A DNA stretch of 63,082 nt, filler included. It is 10 parts of 10 records of this genome, joined end to end, with 100 filler letters (N's around TTAATTAATTAA, not from the genome) between each part and the next. Parts side by side here need not be neighbours in the genome. Positions count along the whole stretch, not along the records: positions 1 to 8,029 come from SRR7504441_1799; positions 8,130 to 11,793 come from SRR7504441_1801; 8 more parts are not named here. One strand, written 5' to 3'. The notes below the pieces were generated by a model. The model was not told the DNA's origin. It made no database searches and was given only the letters and a program-made list of their open reading frames with translations. This document shows, piece after piece, positions 1 to 10,367 of the stretch. Each line of letters begins with the position of its first letter. Within the stretch, counting starts at the first letter, position 1. A program made the position numbers and the translations under genes.

Positions 1-42
1 TTGTATTCCTGTGTTTGGGACAGCCCTTAGGATTGACCTCGA

Positions 43-951
43 CTAATGCTCTAGGTATGATAGCTGGTCTTCTAAAAAGTCAAATCTCGTCAGCGCGGAT
101 GCAGTTGGCCGCTTGGATGGGTCTTGTTCAAAGATCGCTGCTAAAAGCGTTGTGCCGGCCTCCGGCAATCCACAGCTGTCGATGTCTGGCTTCTCATTCG
201 AGTGGCGCCAATCTTATACATGACAGCAAATGCGTTTGACAAATGCCCCCAGGGCGGGCTGCCAGTGCACATCTCGATGATCGTGCATCCGCACGACCAA
301 ATGTCAGCTGGTCTACCATAGCCTTCACCTCTGACCACCTCTGGAGCCATCGGGGTCGACGACTGAGTCCTGCGTGAGCACAACGAGCACAAGCGAGGCA
401 TGCGCGATGGCTACTGCAGCTGCATCTCTGTCGGAGTCAGCCTGGCTGATCCGGACCGCCCCGAGCTCTGCGATCGCACACCTCAGCTCGTTGGCAACTG
501 CAGCGTCGGACGTGCTGGAACTGATGCACACAACTGCTTCTTCTGTGTTGGCCTTTTGCTGTGCCCGTGACTGCCACGCGCTCTCCAGCCACCGCAGTCT
601 CCGCAGGGGATCGTTGAACAGCCTCGCGACCTCGGGACAGCCACCAGCGATGCTTGCGCCCGCCTCAGCGTCCAGCAGCGCCGGCCCTGTGATCTCCAGC
701 TGCCTGACTCGAGCCACCGCTTCGGCCTCTGTCCCCGCCTTTGCGAGCACAGCCCGCAGGTATTCGCTCACAACTGGGGCAGTCCAGCGGGAGGGCGGCT
801 CGGCCGAGAAGCGGCCCACCACTGATGGATCGAGCTCGAGTCCGGCGAAGGTGTAATTGATCACCACCGCCTCCTGCAGTCCGGCGGCTGGGCTGCGAAA
901 CGCCCGTCGGACCTTCGACCAGGTGTCGCCACCTCCACTCCGTCGCTTCAT
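43..951 (-). pseudogene. Disrupted SAM + TIR-like + Ser/Thr kinase (MAP3K-like) gene
   Basis: ORF 325..957 has a SAM-like segment (WTAPVVSEYL...EITGPALL) and a TIR-like start (CISSSTSD...ASLVLVVLTQD). It switches out of frame into kinase subdomains VIII-X (MAPEV..YGRPADIWSCGCTIIEM.TGSPPW). A second frameshift near 200 leads into subdomain XI (DPSKRPTA), with the stop at 43-45. Subdomains I-VII are absent. Confidence 0.6.
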
Positions 952-1241
952 TATCACCGTACCCAGACCCAGACAGGTCGCCGGGGCCCCGTCGTCTAGC
1001 TAACGGCGGATCACTGACGCGAGAGCCGATTGTCTAGGCTGCATTAATCTTGTGTAATTTAAATACGCAGCTTTATTCAGGAGCACGCAAATCCTCTTAG
1101 GCGTGCTCCTCGCATGGCCCCGAGAGGCGGGGATACCCAACAGAAGCCTTTAGAACTAAAGCCTCAAGACGCCCTACACAAGCACTTCAAGTAGTCGGTT
1201 TAGAGCTCTTCGTATGGTCACCCAAGGCGAGCCGTCTGAAT

Positions 1242-2794
1242 CTACTCGGCTTCCTTCTTGGTGGCCGCCTTGGCCTTCTTAGCGGGCTTCTTCTTGTCGG
1301 CCTTGGGCTTGGGCTGCTCGGCCGGCTGCGCCGCGGGCGGGCTGGGTGCGGTCACAGTCTCGAGCTGCGGAGCGATATGCTTTTGAGTCTGCACCCTGCG
1401 GACTGTCTGGGCCTTGGTCAGCGTGAACATGAACACAGTCGACGAGCCGAGCCGGGCGATCCGGGAGGACCAGGCCAGGAACACCTCCCACCGGCGGTAG
1501 GAGCGCACACCATACTTGGCCACGATCGAGTCCCGAGCCAAGTGCCATTCCTCAAGCCACTGCGCGAGCGTGCGGCTGTAGTGCGTGCCCAGGTTGTTCA
1601 CGCGCTGGATCTCGAACCCGGCCCGTTCCAGGTGAGTCGACACCCATCCGAGCGGGCACGAGGCGTCTGCGCCAGGGAACACGTGCTCGCCCATGAAGAG
1701 CCCCCAGACCAGGTCCTCCCACGCCCAGTGCCTCCGGAGCCCAGCCACCTGGAAATAGAACACGCCGTCGTCCTTGAGCATGGCGTGCACCTGCCGCCCG
1801 CTCGCCGGCTGGCCGGGCAGGGCCGGTGCCTTGGTGAGGAACTCATTGTACCGGCGGATCCCGACGTGTTCTGCCATCTCGAGCGACGTGATCTTGTCGA
1901 ACTGAGCTGGAAGGTCGGTCCGTTCGTCCATCTTCATCGCGTCCTGCAGCAGCACTTGCCCTTCGTTGTGCTTGTTCAACTCGTCCGCGAACTTCTTCTG
2001 CTCGCTCGACAGAGTGAGCCCCGTCACCTTGGCACCTGCGCACGACTCGGCCGCCGGCCCACACGCTCGATCACCGTACTTATCCGAAAAGTGCTGGACC
2101 AACCGGCCCCAGCCGCACCCGATGTCCAGCACGGTCTCGCCCCGCTTCAGCTCGATGGCGTCGGCCACGTAATCCAGTTTGTACTCTTGCGCCTGGCCCG
2201 CTGTGTGAGCTCACGACGCAGCCTGGGCACGACGGGCCTGCTTGAGGGTCTCATTGCCGGTCTTGTAGATGCCCGAGGTGTACACCATCGGCTCGCCCAG
2301 GGTGGCCCGGAACCAGTCGTTCCCCTTGTTGTACGCCACAGGGATATTCCCGGCGTTGTGCGCATCAAGATGGAGCAGCGTGTGGGTCATCAAGTCCTTC
2401 ATCAGATAGGCCAGCTCGTGCTTGCCGAACGTGGGCGCGTTCTTCTCGCTCTCCAGGATCTGGTTCAGGTCCGAGGAACCGTGCTCGATATAGTCCTCAA
2501 GCGCCTCCCGGAGTGACGGGGTGGCCGGGTCAAACCCTCGCAGCGCGGCGTCCTCGTGCGAGCCGAGGTAAGTGCCGGCGATCATCACCGTCAGCATGCC
2601 CGGCACGAAGAGCGCCACCCACAGCCTGAACCTGCCGCCCGGGGCTGGCACGATGCGGGGGCTGGAGCCGGGTGCCTGGGTTTCACCAGGCAGGCGATTA
2701 CGATGTTGAATGCGACGATCTCGGGGAGCCGCTCGACCAGGAAGAGCACCAGCTCGGTGAAGTCGAACCCGGGGATTGCTGGGAAACCGAACAT
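1242..2794 (-). CDS. Sphingolipid C9-methyltransferase / cyclopropane-fatty-acyl synthase family SAM methyltransferase (5 exons)
   Basis: Motifs YNKGNDWF..LGEPMVYTSG, VLDIGCGWG, ITSLEMAEHVG and AGLRRHWAWEDLVWGLFMGEHVFPGADAS, plus N-terminal hydrophobic helices. Introns 2632-2675 (GC-AG), 2193-2237 (GC-AG), 2036-2074 (GT-AG) and 1791-1829 (GC-AG) give a continuous frame. Confidence 0.85.
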
Positions 2795-2936
2795 CTCGCC
2801 TGCCACCCGCAGTCAGACGCCGCGTCCAAACACATGCGACCGTGTGTCTCGAGCGTGTGAATGAAAAGTTAACGGAAGTGACCTCCCACAGAAGTCGCAG
2901 ACTGCGGGTCCCGTCCGCCGTCAGAGAAGCGGCTGA

Positions 2937-3653
2937 ATGGCGGCGGGCACGCTGATCTCGCACACCTGGATGCGCTCGCCGCTGCTGCCCCGCATCCCGC
3001 TCCGGGCGGCGGTGGGGGCCCAGCGGCTGGCCCTGGGCCGACCCCGGCTGCCGGCGAAGGTGCTCGGCGGATCCACCATGGCCGTGCAGGATGTGGGCGG
3101 GGCCTCGCTCCGGCTGGAGCTGGCCGAGCCGATAGACGACGGGGGGTACCTGCTGCTGCTCTCGTCTGGCCCGCACGGCTGGGTGCCCGCCATCGCTGGG
3201 GTGCCCGGAGCGCGCTATGGCCCGGCGCGGGAGAGGCTGGCCGAGGCGATGGTGCTGGCCCGGCCGCTGGACTGCCCGGCCGGCCAGCCGGCGGAGCTGA
3301 CCTTCCTGCCCGAGCACAACCTGGCCGAGCTGTTCTCGCCAGGCCGGGCGCTCAAGGTGGTGCTAGTGCACCGTTGCACCTCTTTCTTCCTAGGACTCAA
3401 CGCCGGCCGCTGGCTCCAAATCCGAATGAACGAGATCGCCGAGGCCGCCGGCCAGTTTGTGGCCGAGCAGGGCCCGGTCGAGGAGAGCCCTGACGCGCTG
3501 TGGGCCGAGTTTGGGGAGCGGAGCGGGCTTGGGGGCCGGTATGTGGCCGAGGTGGAGCCGCCGCCAGAGGATGCGAGCCATCTGTTTGAGCATTACGGTA
3601 TGAGTAACAACAGCGCGCTGCCCCCCGAGGCGAGGCTGCTGCACAAGCTATGA
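2937..3653 (+). CDS. Hypothetical protein (238 aa)
   Basis: ATG-initiated ORF with G/C-ending codon bias, followed by an AT-rich spacer. No family recognised. Confidence 0.6.
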   Translation: MAAGTLISHTWMRSPLLPRIPLRAAVGAQRLALGRPRLPAKVLGGSTMAVQDVGGASLRLELAEPIDDGGYLLLLSSGPHGWVPAIAGVPGARYGPARERLAEAMVLARPLDCPAGQPAELTFLPEHNLAELFSPGRALKVVLVHRCTSFFLGLNAGRWLQIRMNEIAEAAGQFVAEQGPVEESPDALWAEFGERSGLGGRYVAEVEPPPEDASHLFEHYGMSNNSALPPEARLLHKL

Positions 3654-3759
3654 TCCTTAGTTTGAATATCTTGATCAATGAATGATGTAAATCTGCTCAT
3701 CGTGCTGCCAGCTGGCATTATTTTAACGGTCTGACGCTCGGGTGACCACTCGACTCGTC

Positions 3760-5684
3760 ATGGCACCGGTGAGGATCGGGTGCTACTCGGCGGCCTGGGG
3801 CGACTCGCAGATGAGCACTCCGCAGCTGCTCAAGGGGGGCCGGCTGCACTACCTAGTGGGCGACCTGCTGGCCGAGGTGACCATGGCCATCCTGGCGCGC
3901 AAGAAGGCCCGCGATCCGTCCAAAGGGTACGCTACCGATTTCGTGTTCATGATGAAGCAGAACATGGCCGAGATCAAGCGCCAGAAGATCAAAGTGGTCG
4001 TCAACGCCGGCGGCATCAACCCGCTCGCCTGCCGGGACGCGTTGATGGCCGAGGCGCGGCCGAGGCTCGGGTTGGGATGACCGGGCTGGGCAGGCGGCCA
4101 AGCAAGGCGTGAGCCTCAAGGTGGGCGTGGTGCTCGGGGACGACCTGATGGCCTCCTCCGAGGAGTACCGCACCCAGGGGATCACCGACATGTTCTCGGG
4201 TAACAGCTTCCCGTCCAAGAAGGCGCTGATGAGCTGCAACGCCTACCTCGGCGCGTTCCCGATCGCCGAGGCGCTCCGGCAGGGCTGCGAGGTGGTGATC
4301 ACCGGGCGGGTGGTGGACTCGGCCTGCGTGCTCGGACCGCTGATCTACGAGTTTGGATGGGGCACAGCTGAGTACGACAAGCTGGCCGCGGGCACGCTCG
4401 CAGGCCACCTCGTTGAATGCGGCCCACAGTGCTGCGGCGGGCTGTTCACGGACTACGAGGCGGTGGAGTCGTGGGTCAACATTGGGTACCCGATCGTCGA
4501 GGTCGAGCAGAGCGGAGAGTTCACGGTGCAAAAACCGCCAAAGACAGACGGCCTGATTTCAATCGGCACTGTCTGTGAGCAAATGCTGTACGAGATCGGC
4601 GACCCTGGAGCGTATCACGTGCCGGACGTGGCGTGCGACTTCACGCAGGTCCAATTCGAGCAGGTTGGGCATGACGTGGTCCGCGTGACGCACGTGAGAG
4701 GCAACCCTCCGACTGACACCTACAAGGTGGTTGCGACCCATCGGAACGGGTTCACCGCTCACTTGCCGTTCACGATCGTTGGGCACGACGCCGGGGCCAA
4801 GGCTCGTCGGGTGGCCAGCACCCTGCTCACCCGATGGCGCCGGATGCTCAAAATGGCTGGGCTGCCTGACTTTGCCGAGGTCCGACTCGAGACCACGGGC
4901 GCAGGCCAGTATTTCCGGCAGCAGGCTGGAAGCCGCGAGGTGTGGATGCGACTCGGAGTGCGCCACGCCAGCAAGGCGGCCATCGGGCTGGTATCTCGTG
5001 AATGGGGCTGTGCTGGCACCTCGTTCGCGCAAGGTCTCTGTGGCGGAGGCGGCGTGTTCAGCATGAGCGAAACAGTCTCCGCGTTCCTCTTCCTTGTGCC
5101 CAAACGCGGGATCGGCAACGTGGTGGTAGTGGAGAACACAGAGAGCCAGTTCCCTGTGCCAGTGGATGGCGGATTTGTGCAGAGCGCTTCAGTCACAGTT
5201 CAGCCGACCGCGGCCCAGGCTCCGTCCGGCCTGACCACCCAGGTGTGTGCTCTCGACGGCCGGGTGCTCACGTGCCGTGCAGATCCCGCTGCTCGACCTG
5301 TGCTGGGCCCGGAGTGGCGACAAGGTGCGTGCTCGTGCCGCCAGCAGTGCTGAGATGATGCTGTAGGGGAACTATGCCAACATTGGGCTGATTGCGCGCC
5401 GGCCGGAATATTTGCCAGTGCTGCGGGCCCAGGTGACCGAGCAGCGGGTGGCCGAGTATTTTCGGCACAATCTCAAGGGCAGCTGCACCCGGTTCGACCT
5501 GCCCGGCAGCAACAGCATGAACTTCCTTCTGACTGACACGCTTGGCGGCGGCGGCACTTCGTCGCTGCACAGCGATGGGCTTGCCAAGACGTACGGACAA
5601 GTGCTGCTCGGGATGGAGATCGAAGCGCCGGTTGAGTGGGCCAACAGATCCCGGTTGGCTATCGCGCGACCCTCCAAGCTGTGA
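3760..5684 (+). CDS. Acyclic terpene utilisation AtuA-like protein (DUF1446 plus C-terminal domain), 4 exons
   Basis: RIGCYSAAWGDS, LLAEVTMAILA, NAGGINP, NAYLGAFPIAEAL..G..VVITGRVVDSA, GHLVECG and QMLYEIGDP, with C-terminal ARSGDKGN..NIG and LGGGGTSSL..DGLAK. Introns 4054-4093 (GC-AG), 5243-5282 and 5325-5366. Confidence 0.85.
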
Positions 5685-6009
5685 GCGCGATCCATCTAGT
5701 GGATCCATGTCAACACGATCCACGATGAGAAGTACTTGGATGCTCGTATTGTACGTACGGTAGATGCTACTCGTACGAGTAGTGAGCACTATGCCACTCT
5801 ATACAATATTAGAATCTAAACAATTACTCGAATTCAAATTGTATATGTACAATCTATCAGTTTTAACCAATCCCACGCGTCAATGAAGTATCAATTAAGA
5901 TTGCGAAGTGCACAATGTGTCGTGCAAGTAGGTGATCAATAGTATCAAGACCCTCTTGCTGCGAGCTTGAGTGTGTACACTTAGGCTTGCGACCCACCTG
6001 CTATCATGC

Positions 6010-6660
6010 TTAAGCTTGCGATGCCCCTGGCTGTCCACCTGGAGCCTGCACAGCTGCCTGAGCATGCTGGTTCTCGAGGTTGGCCTGGTTGTCATCCCAA
6101 TCCGAAGGATCGTTGTAGTACTCCTTCATGACCGGGCAGCACCCGAACTTGGGGCAGCACATGAGTCCCAAGTACCCGCAGGTGTACGAGGGGACGGTAT
6201 CCACGCACGGGAACGCGCAGTCTCCAGCGCAGCAGAGACAGTAGGCGAGCTCGGTGGCGCAGCAAGTCCGCGGGCTCAAGCAGTAGTAGCTGTAGCCGCA
6301 GATGCCAGCGCAGCACCCGCAGCACACGAAGTATTCCGCCTTGGGCCCGTAGATGGCGATCTTCTCCGCCGCGGTGTCAGCCTTGCCGTCGCCGTCGCCG
6401 TCAACGTACAGTTCCTTGAGGGTGGTGCAGCAGGCGAACTTGGGGTACAGGAAGCAGCACGGCAAGCAGGAGCAGGTCTTGCCCGGGATCGCGTTAAACC
6501 GGTCGTCGCATGTGATGCAGAACCCGTCATAGCCGCAGCAACAGCACTCCGAGAACTCGTTGGCGCAGCAGGCAAGCGGCTTGGCGCAGTAGTTGTTCTG
6601 GCAGCAGCATCCGGCGCAGATGGCGAGCTCCTTCTTGCTTGATCGAAGCTTGAGAGGCAT
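6010..6660 (-). CDS. Cysteine-rich protein with two internal repeats
   Basis: Intronless ORF from MPLKLR with many CC/CCC clusters in two homologous halves, separated by DGDGDGK. Confidence 0.75.
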   Translation of the reverse strand: MPLKLRSSKKELAICAGCCCQNNYCAKPLACCANEFSECCCCGYDGFCITCDDRFNAIPGKTCSCLPCCFLYPKFACCTTLKELYVDGDGDGKADTAAEKIAIYGPKAEYFVCCGCCAGICGYSYYCLSPRTCCATELAYCLCCAGDCAFPCVDTVPSYTCGYLGLMCCPKFGCCPVMKEYYNDPSDWDDNQANLENQHAQAAVQAPGGQPGASQA

Positions 6661-7109
6661 GGTAGAGATGTGAAACGGCGGACGAGACGAGCGAATTACG
6701 CAAACAGACAACTCAAACAGAATACCGTTGGTTGGATCAACGGCAATGCCAACGGCATGCGATGGGATTCAGGGCATCCCAACCAGAAGACTGGCGCTGC
6801 CCAGAATGTGGAGCCCCCAAGGATGCGTACTACGGGGTGGGAGCCCGGCCCGGCTGCAGAGCGAGGCAGCGACCTTTTTGAGTCCAACAGGTTTACCAGC
6901 TCGACGGGCGAACGCTCCACAGCCGATTGCGGCCCAGCTCCAATCCCACGGCAAGGGCAAGCCACCCAGTAGTGCAGCTCGCCGGCAGGACCCTTGCCGG
7001 TTGCCGCGGGCTGTGCAAAGCACGGTGAGGGTGCTGCGTCTGCTCGGGCCATCCTGCCGGGCCGGCCGGGCGGCTGTGCCCGAGGTCGAGGCGGCGCTAC
7101 CTTCGATCG

Positions 7110-7664
7110 ATGCAGCGCGACGTCGACGATTCGGGCCCGATGTTAGGACTCTCGAGCTCGGGAATGCTGGGAGAGCTCCGGAGGGGGCGCGTGCGGGTGC
7201 CGGCGAGTCTACTCGGATGCCGGGGCAACGGAGCAACAGACCAGGACGATGATGTTCTCAACCGGTCGCCAAGGTCCTCGACAAGACGACGGCGAAGCCG
7301 GAGCCATTTGCCACCACATGAGTGCTATTGCGGGGGTATTTGTGAGCAGTGCAACGGCGCCACAGAGGTCGAGTACTTGGATGTTTGGGTCACTCGACCA
7401 GTGCTTGACAAACACCAAGCTAAGGAATGGACAATCCGCGGCAAGCAGCCCAACAACAGGCTCGAGCGATTGATCGGGATCAGATGTGGCTACCTGATTA
7501 TCAACGTCAGTGTCCCAGCCGGCCAGTTGGGTACCAAGGGGTGCCTCTGCACTGGTTTGAATGAACGTTCTGCAATCTGCATCAATATGTCAAACTCGTG
7601 TATGCTTCAACGTGCTTCAGTCTTGCTCCGTACGCTGTACATGGCCAGCTACTGGCGACCCTGA
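7110..7664 (+). other. Possible hypothetical or degenerate CDS
   Basis: 184-aa ORF with a Cys/His cluster (HECYCGGICEQC) and weak codon bias. Gene structure is unresolved across 6760-7664. Confidence 0.25.
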
Positions 7665-7952
7665 GATTTACCTGAGATTGATTAATTGTACGTTCGAGAA
7701 CTCATACGTACTTACATAAATTTAATGTTCAGAGGGCTCGATCGCGCTCCAATGATGCACGGGTTCGCTTCGTTTGCGTTCAGTAAGAATACCACCGATT
7801 TATTAGTGTACATGTGATTCATCAGTCATCGTTCAAGAATGATTTATTACTCATGCGCTCAAATCATGTACAATTAGGATCAATAACGACTCGTCATGAC
7901 GTACATGTCTTGAATCCATCTTGAATCGATGATTAATTAATGATCAAATTTC

Positions 7953-8029
7953 TCAAGTAACCAGACCGTCAACCCCTGTTGCGCCCTTGTCGGACTCCGC
8001 GGCCTTCTTCTTCTTCTTCTTCTTCTTCT
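7953..8029 (-). CDS. C-terminal fragment of a gene truncated by the contig end (poly-Lys tail)
   Basis: The (CTT)n run reads KKKKKKK-AAESDKGATGVDGLVT-stop on the minus strand. Confidence 0.45.
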
Positions 8030-8129
8030 NNNNNNNNNNNNNNNNNNNNNNNNNNNNNNNNNNNNNNNNNNNNTTAATTAATTAANNNNNNNNNNNNNNN
8101 NNNNNNNNNNNNNNNNNNNNNNNNNNNNN
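8030..8129. other. Artificial contig linker
   Basis: N-run + TTAATTAATTAA (stops in all six frames) + N-run, 100 bp. Confidence 0.98.
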
Positions 8130-8387
8130 GATATATTCCACCTTTCTAGTACAAGGCTCGCCGGAGCAGCAAAGTATTTATTCAAACAGGCCACCAACAA
8201 CTGTAGAGTCTACTTACGTATGCCCGGCACAACAGAATCTCGACCTCGAGCTCTGCGAATACTCTTTCGTATGATTGTACATGAAATCTTAAATTCTATC
8301 AAGTAAAAGCTTTAAGCTGACATATAAAGATTTTTAGTTTACAACGAGCAACTGACGATTTGCTCATGATTCGCGCGTTCTTCGTGA

Positions 8388-10157
8388 TCATCGCGAGGCG
8401 GCCACCCACGGGTATTGCTCCTGGTGCGCGTAAGCCACCTCGGGGCCTTTGGGGTCGGAATCGTAGCACGCGCCGCCCGGGATGTTGCACGGGGCCATGT
8501 AGTCGCCGCCCTTGACGATGGCGTCCACCTTGGCTTGTATCGTGGCCACCATTCCGCTGTAGCTCCCGAGCGAGCTCAGGATCAAGTTGTGCTGCTCGTA
8601 CGGGTCGGCGCTGATGTTGAACAGGGCCAGCCCGCTGGTCGAGCTGGTGCACGAGACCGCCGCCACTCGCGCTTCGGGGGCCACAGTGCAGCTCTTTGAG
8701 ATCGTGCCCCAGTGGTCCGACACGCACGTCGCGCAGTCTGCGGCCGAGCCGCACGCCTTCTTGACCGCGGCCGTGCACGCCGGCGCGAGCCCTGCCGAGC
8801 TGTTTGCGGCGTAGTGCTGCTCGGGCCACCAGACGGCCCCGTGCAAGTCAGTCTGGGCAGTCGAGCGCTCGAGCTGCTCTGAGCTCGGGACCGGATACCA
8901 GGTGTCCGCAGCCACCCCGGAGGTCAGCTTCATGTCGCCCATCCGGTATGCCCACTCCTGGCCGGCGCAGGCCCCGTGTCCGGAGCAGGGATCATAGTTG
9001 TGAAGCAGCTCTGTCCGGGGCGAGACGCCATTCGAGGTGATGGCGGGCCACATGTCCAGACCATCCAGCGGCCCCTTCCCGGGCAGCGAGGCCCCGCCCA
9101 GGCTGGCGAACGTGGCGTGCCAGTCGGTCACGTGCATCATGCCGCTGTAGCTCTGGCCGCGCAGCTTGGCCGGGAGCAGGCTGCCAAACACGAGCGCGTT
9201 GTTCCTGACCCCGCCTTCCCACAGCTCGGCTTTGTGCCCCCGGAGTGGCCAGTTGTTCCCGGCCGAGTTGGGCATCCCGCCGTTGTCCCCGGAGATCACC
9301 ACCAGGTAATCGTCTCCTTCGAATTGTTGCTTGATCAGCCTCGTCAGGTTTCCAATCGCCTCGTCCGCAATCGCAGCCATCGCGCAGAACGTCTTCCGGT
9401 CGGCGTTGGGCACCTTGCTGCACGCCTGCTCGTACTTGCCGCCGGGCGATTCGAGCGGGGCGTGCACGTTCTGGAGCGGCAGGTAGAAGAAGCCTGGAGT
9501 GCCGGCTGGGTGGGTCCGCTTGTGGTTCAGGATGGCCTGGCTCATCTCTTGCCCAAACAAATCGGTCGAGTAGACCCCGCTCTCGTTCCGGACCGCCATG
9601 TACGTGCCGTTGTTGAGCAGCCCGGCCGGGTTGGTCTGGTTCCACTGGCGATGCAGGTCGAGGTACCCGCCCAGCTCGTGTGTCAGGTAGTCGCTCGCCC
9701 CGTTGTAGTACCCGAGGTAACTGTCAAAACCGCGGAAGGTGGGCGTGCTCGCCATGTTGTAGCTGCCCAGGTGCCACTTGCCCACCGCGTGCGTGGCGTA
9801 CCCGGCCGCCTTGAGCTTGTCGGCCAGTGTGGTCTCGTCCAGCGGGAGCCCGTAGTCCTGGAAGCCGCCGATCACACCGTGCTGCAGCCCGAGCCGCGCG
9901 GGGTAGCGGCCGGTCATGAAGGCCCCCCGGGTGGGCGAGCACAGCTGCTGGGTGTAGTAGTGCTCCAGCTTGAGGCCCTCGGGCACCAGCTTGTTGACGT
10001 TGGGCCAGGCGATCTGGCCGAGGTCGCTCGAAGAATGAAAGTCGTTGAACCCCATGTCATCCACCAGAATGAAGATCAGATGCGGCTTGGCGCTGGTCGT
10101 CGGCAGACCCGAGCAGCTCGCAGCAAGCCCAGCCGCCAGCAGGAAGAGCTTCAGCAT
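8388..10157 (-). CDS. Secreted arylsulfatase B-like sulfatase (formylglycine-dependent, S1)
   Basis: Signal peptide; PHLIFILVDDMG, LCSPTRGAFMTGRYP (CxPxR), VGKWHLG, ISGDNGG, NWPLRGHK..LWEGGVR, HVTDW and LFNISADPYEQHNL. Intronless. Confidence 0.93.
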   Translation of the reverse strand: MLKLFLLAAGLAASCSGLPTTSAKPHLIFILVDDMGFNDFHSSSDLGQIAWPNVNKLVPEGLKLEHYYTQQLCSPTRGAFMTGRYPARLGLQHGVIGGFQDYGLPLDETTLADKLKAAGYATHAVGKWHLGSYNMASTPTFRGFDSYLGYYNGASDYLTHELGGYLDLHRQWNQTNPAGLLNNGTYMAVRNESGVYSTDLFGQEMSQAILNHKRTHPAGTPGFFYLPLQNVHAPLESPGGKYEQACSKVPNADRKTFCAMAAIADEAIGNLTRLIKQQFEGDDYLVVISGDNGGMPNSAGNNWPLRGHKAELWEGGVRNNALVFGSLLPAKLRGQSYSGMMHVTDWHATFASLGGASLPGKGPLDGLDMWPAITSNGVSPRTELLHNYDPCSGHGACAGQEWAYRMGDMKLTSGVAADTWYPVPSSEQLERSTAQTDLHGAVWWPEQHYAANSSAGLAPACTAAVKKACGSAADCATCVSDHWGTISKSCTVAPEARVAAVSCTSSTSGLALFNISADPYEQHNLILSSLGSYSGMVATIQAKVDAIVKGGDYMAPCNIPGGACYDSDPKGPEVAYAHQEQYPWVAASR

Positions 10158-10367
10158 GTTTGCGCGAGTTTTTCGGCAGATCGCACCGGTGGCGGGCTGG
10201 TTACAGTTGTTAACGTCCGTTAGTTTTCGATTTCGCCAGATTTATGCAGTGGTCTACCTGAGCCATCCTGTTGGAAAAAATGGGGTTTCAAGTTTTATAG
10301 ACTATACAAGCATCTCGGCCCCTATCTAATCATCGGCTATTGTGCCTCGCGCACGCTGTGGAACAGA

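Noticed and set aside
2193-2237. Stop-codon readthrough or genetic-code reassignment (in-frame TGA here and at about 43414)
   Set aside because: Both stops lie inside 3n-length GC-AG introns of typical size. TAA, TAG and TGA all terminate genes normally elsewhere.
1377-2516. Long antisense or alternative-frame ORFs (e.g. 1377..2516, 8976..10223, 10600..11841, 50070..51092, 58175..59044)
   Set aside because: These are shadow ORFs expected opposite GC3-rich genes, with no recognisable motifs.
8003-8029. (CTT)n as a non-coding microsatellite
   Set aside because: It reads as a poly-Lys tract in frame with a short C-terminus on the minus strand.
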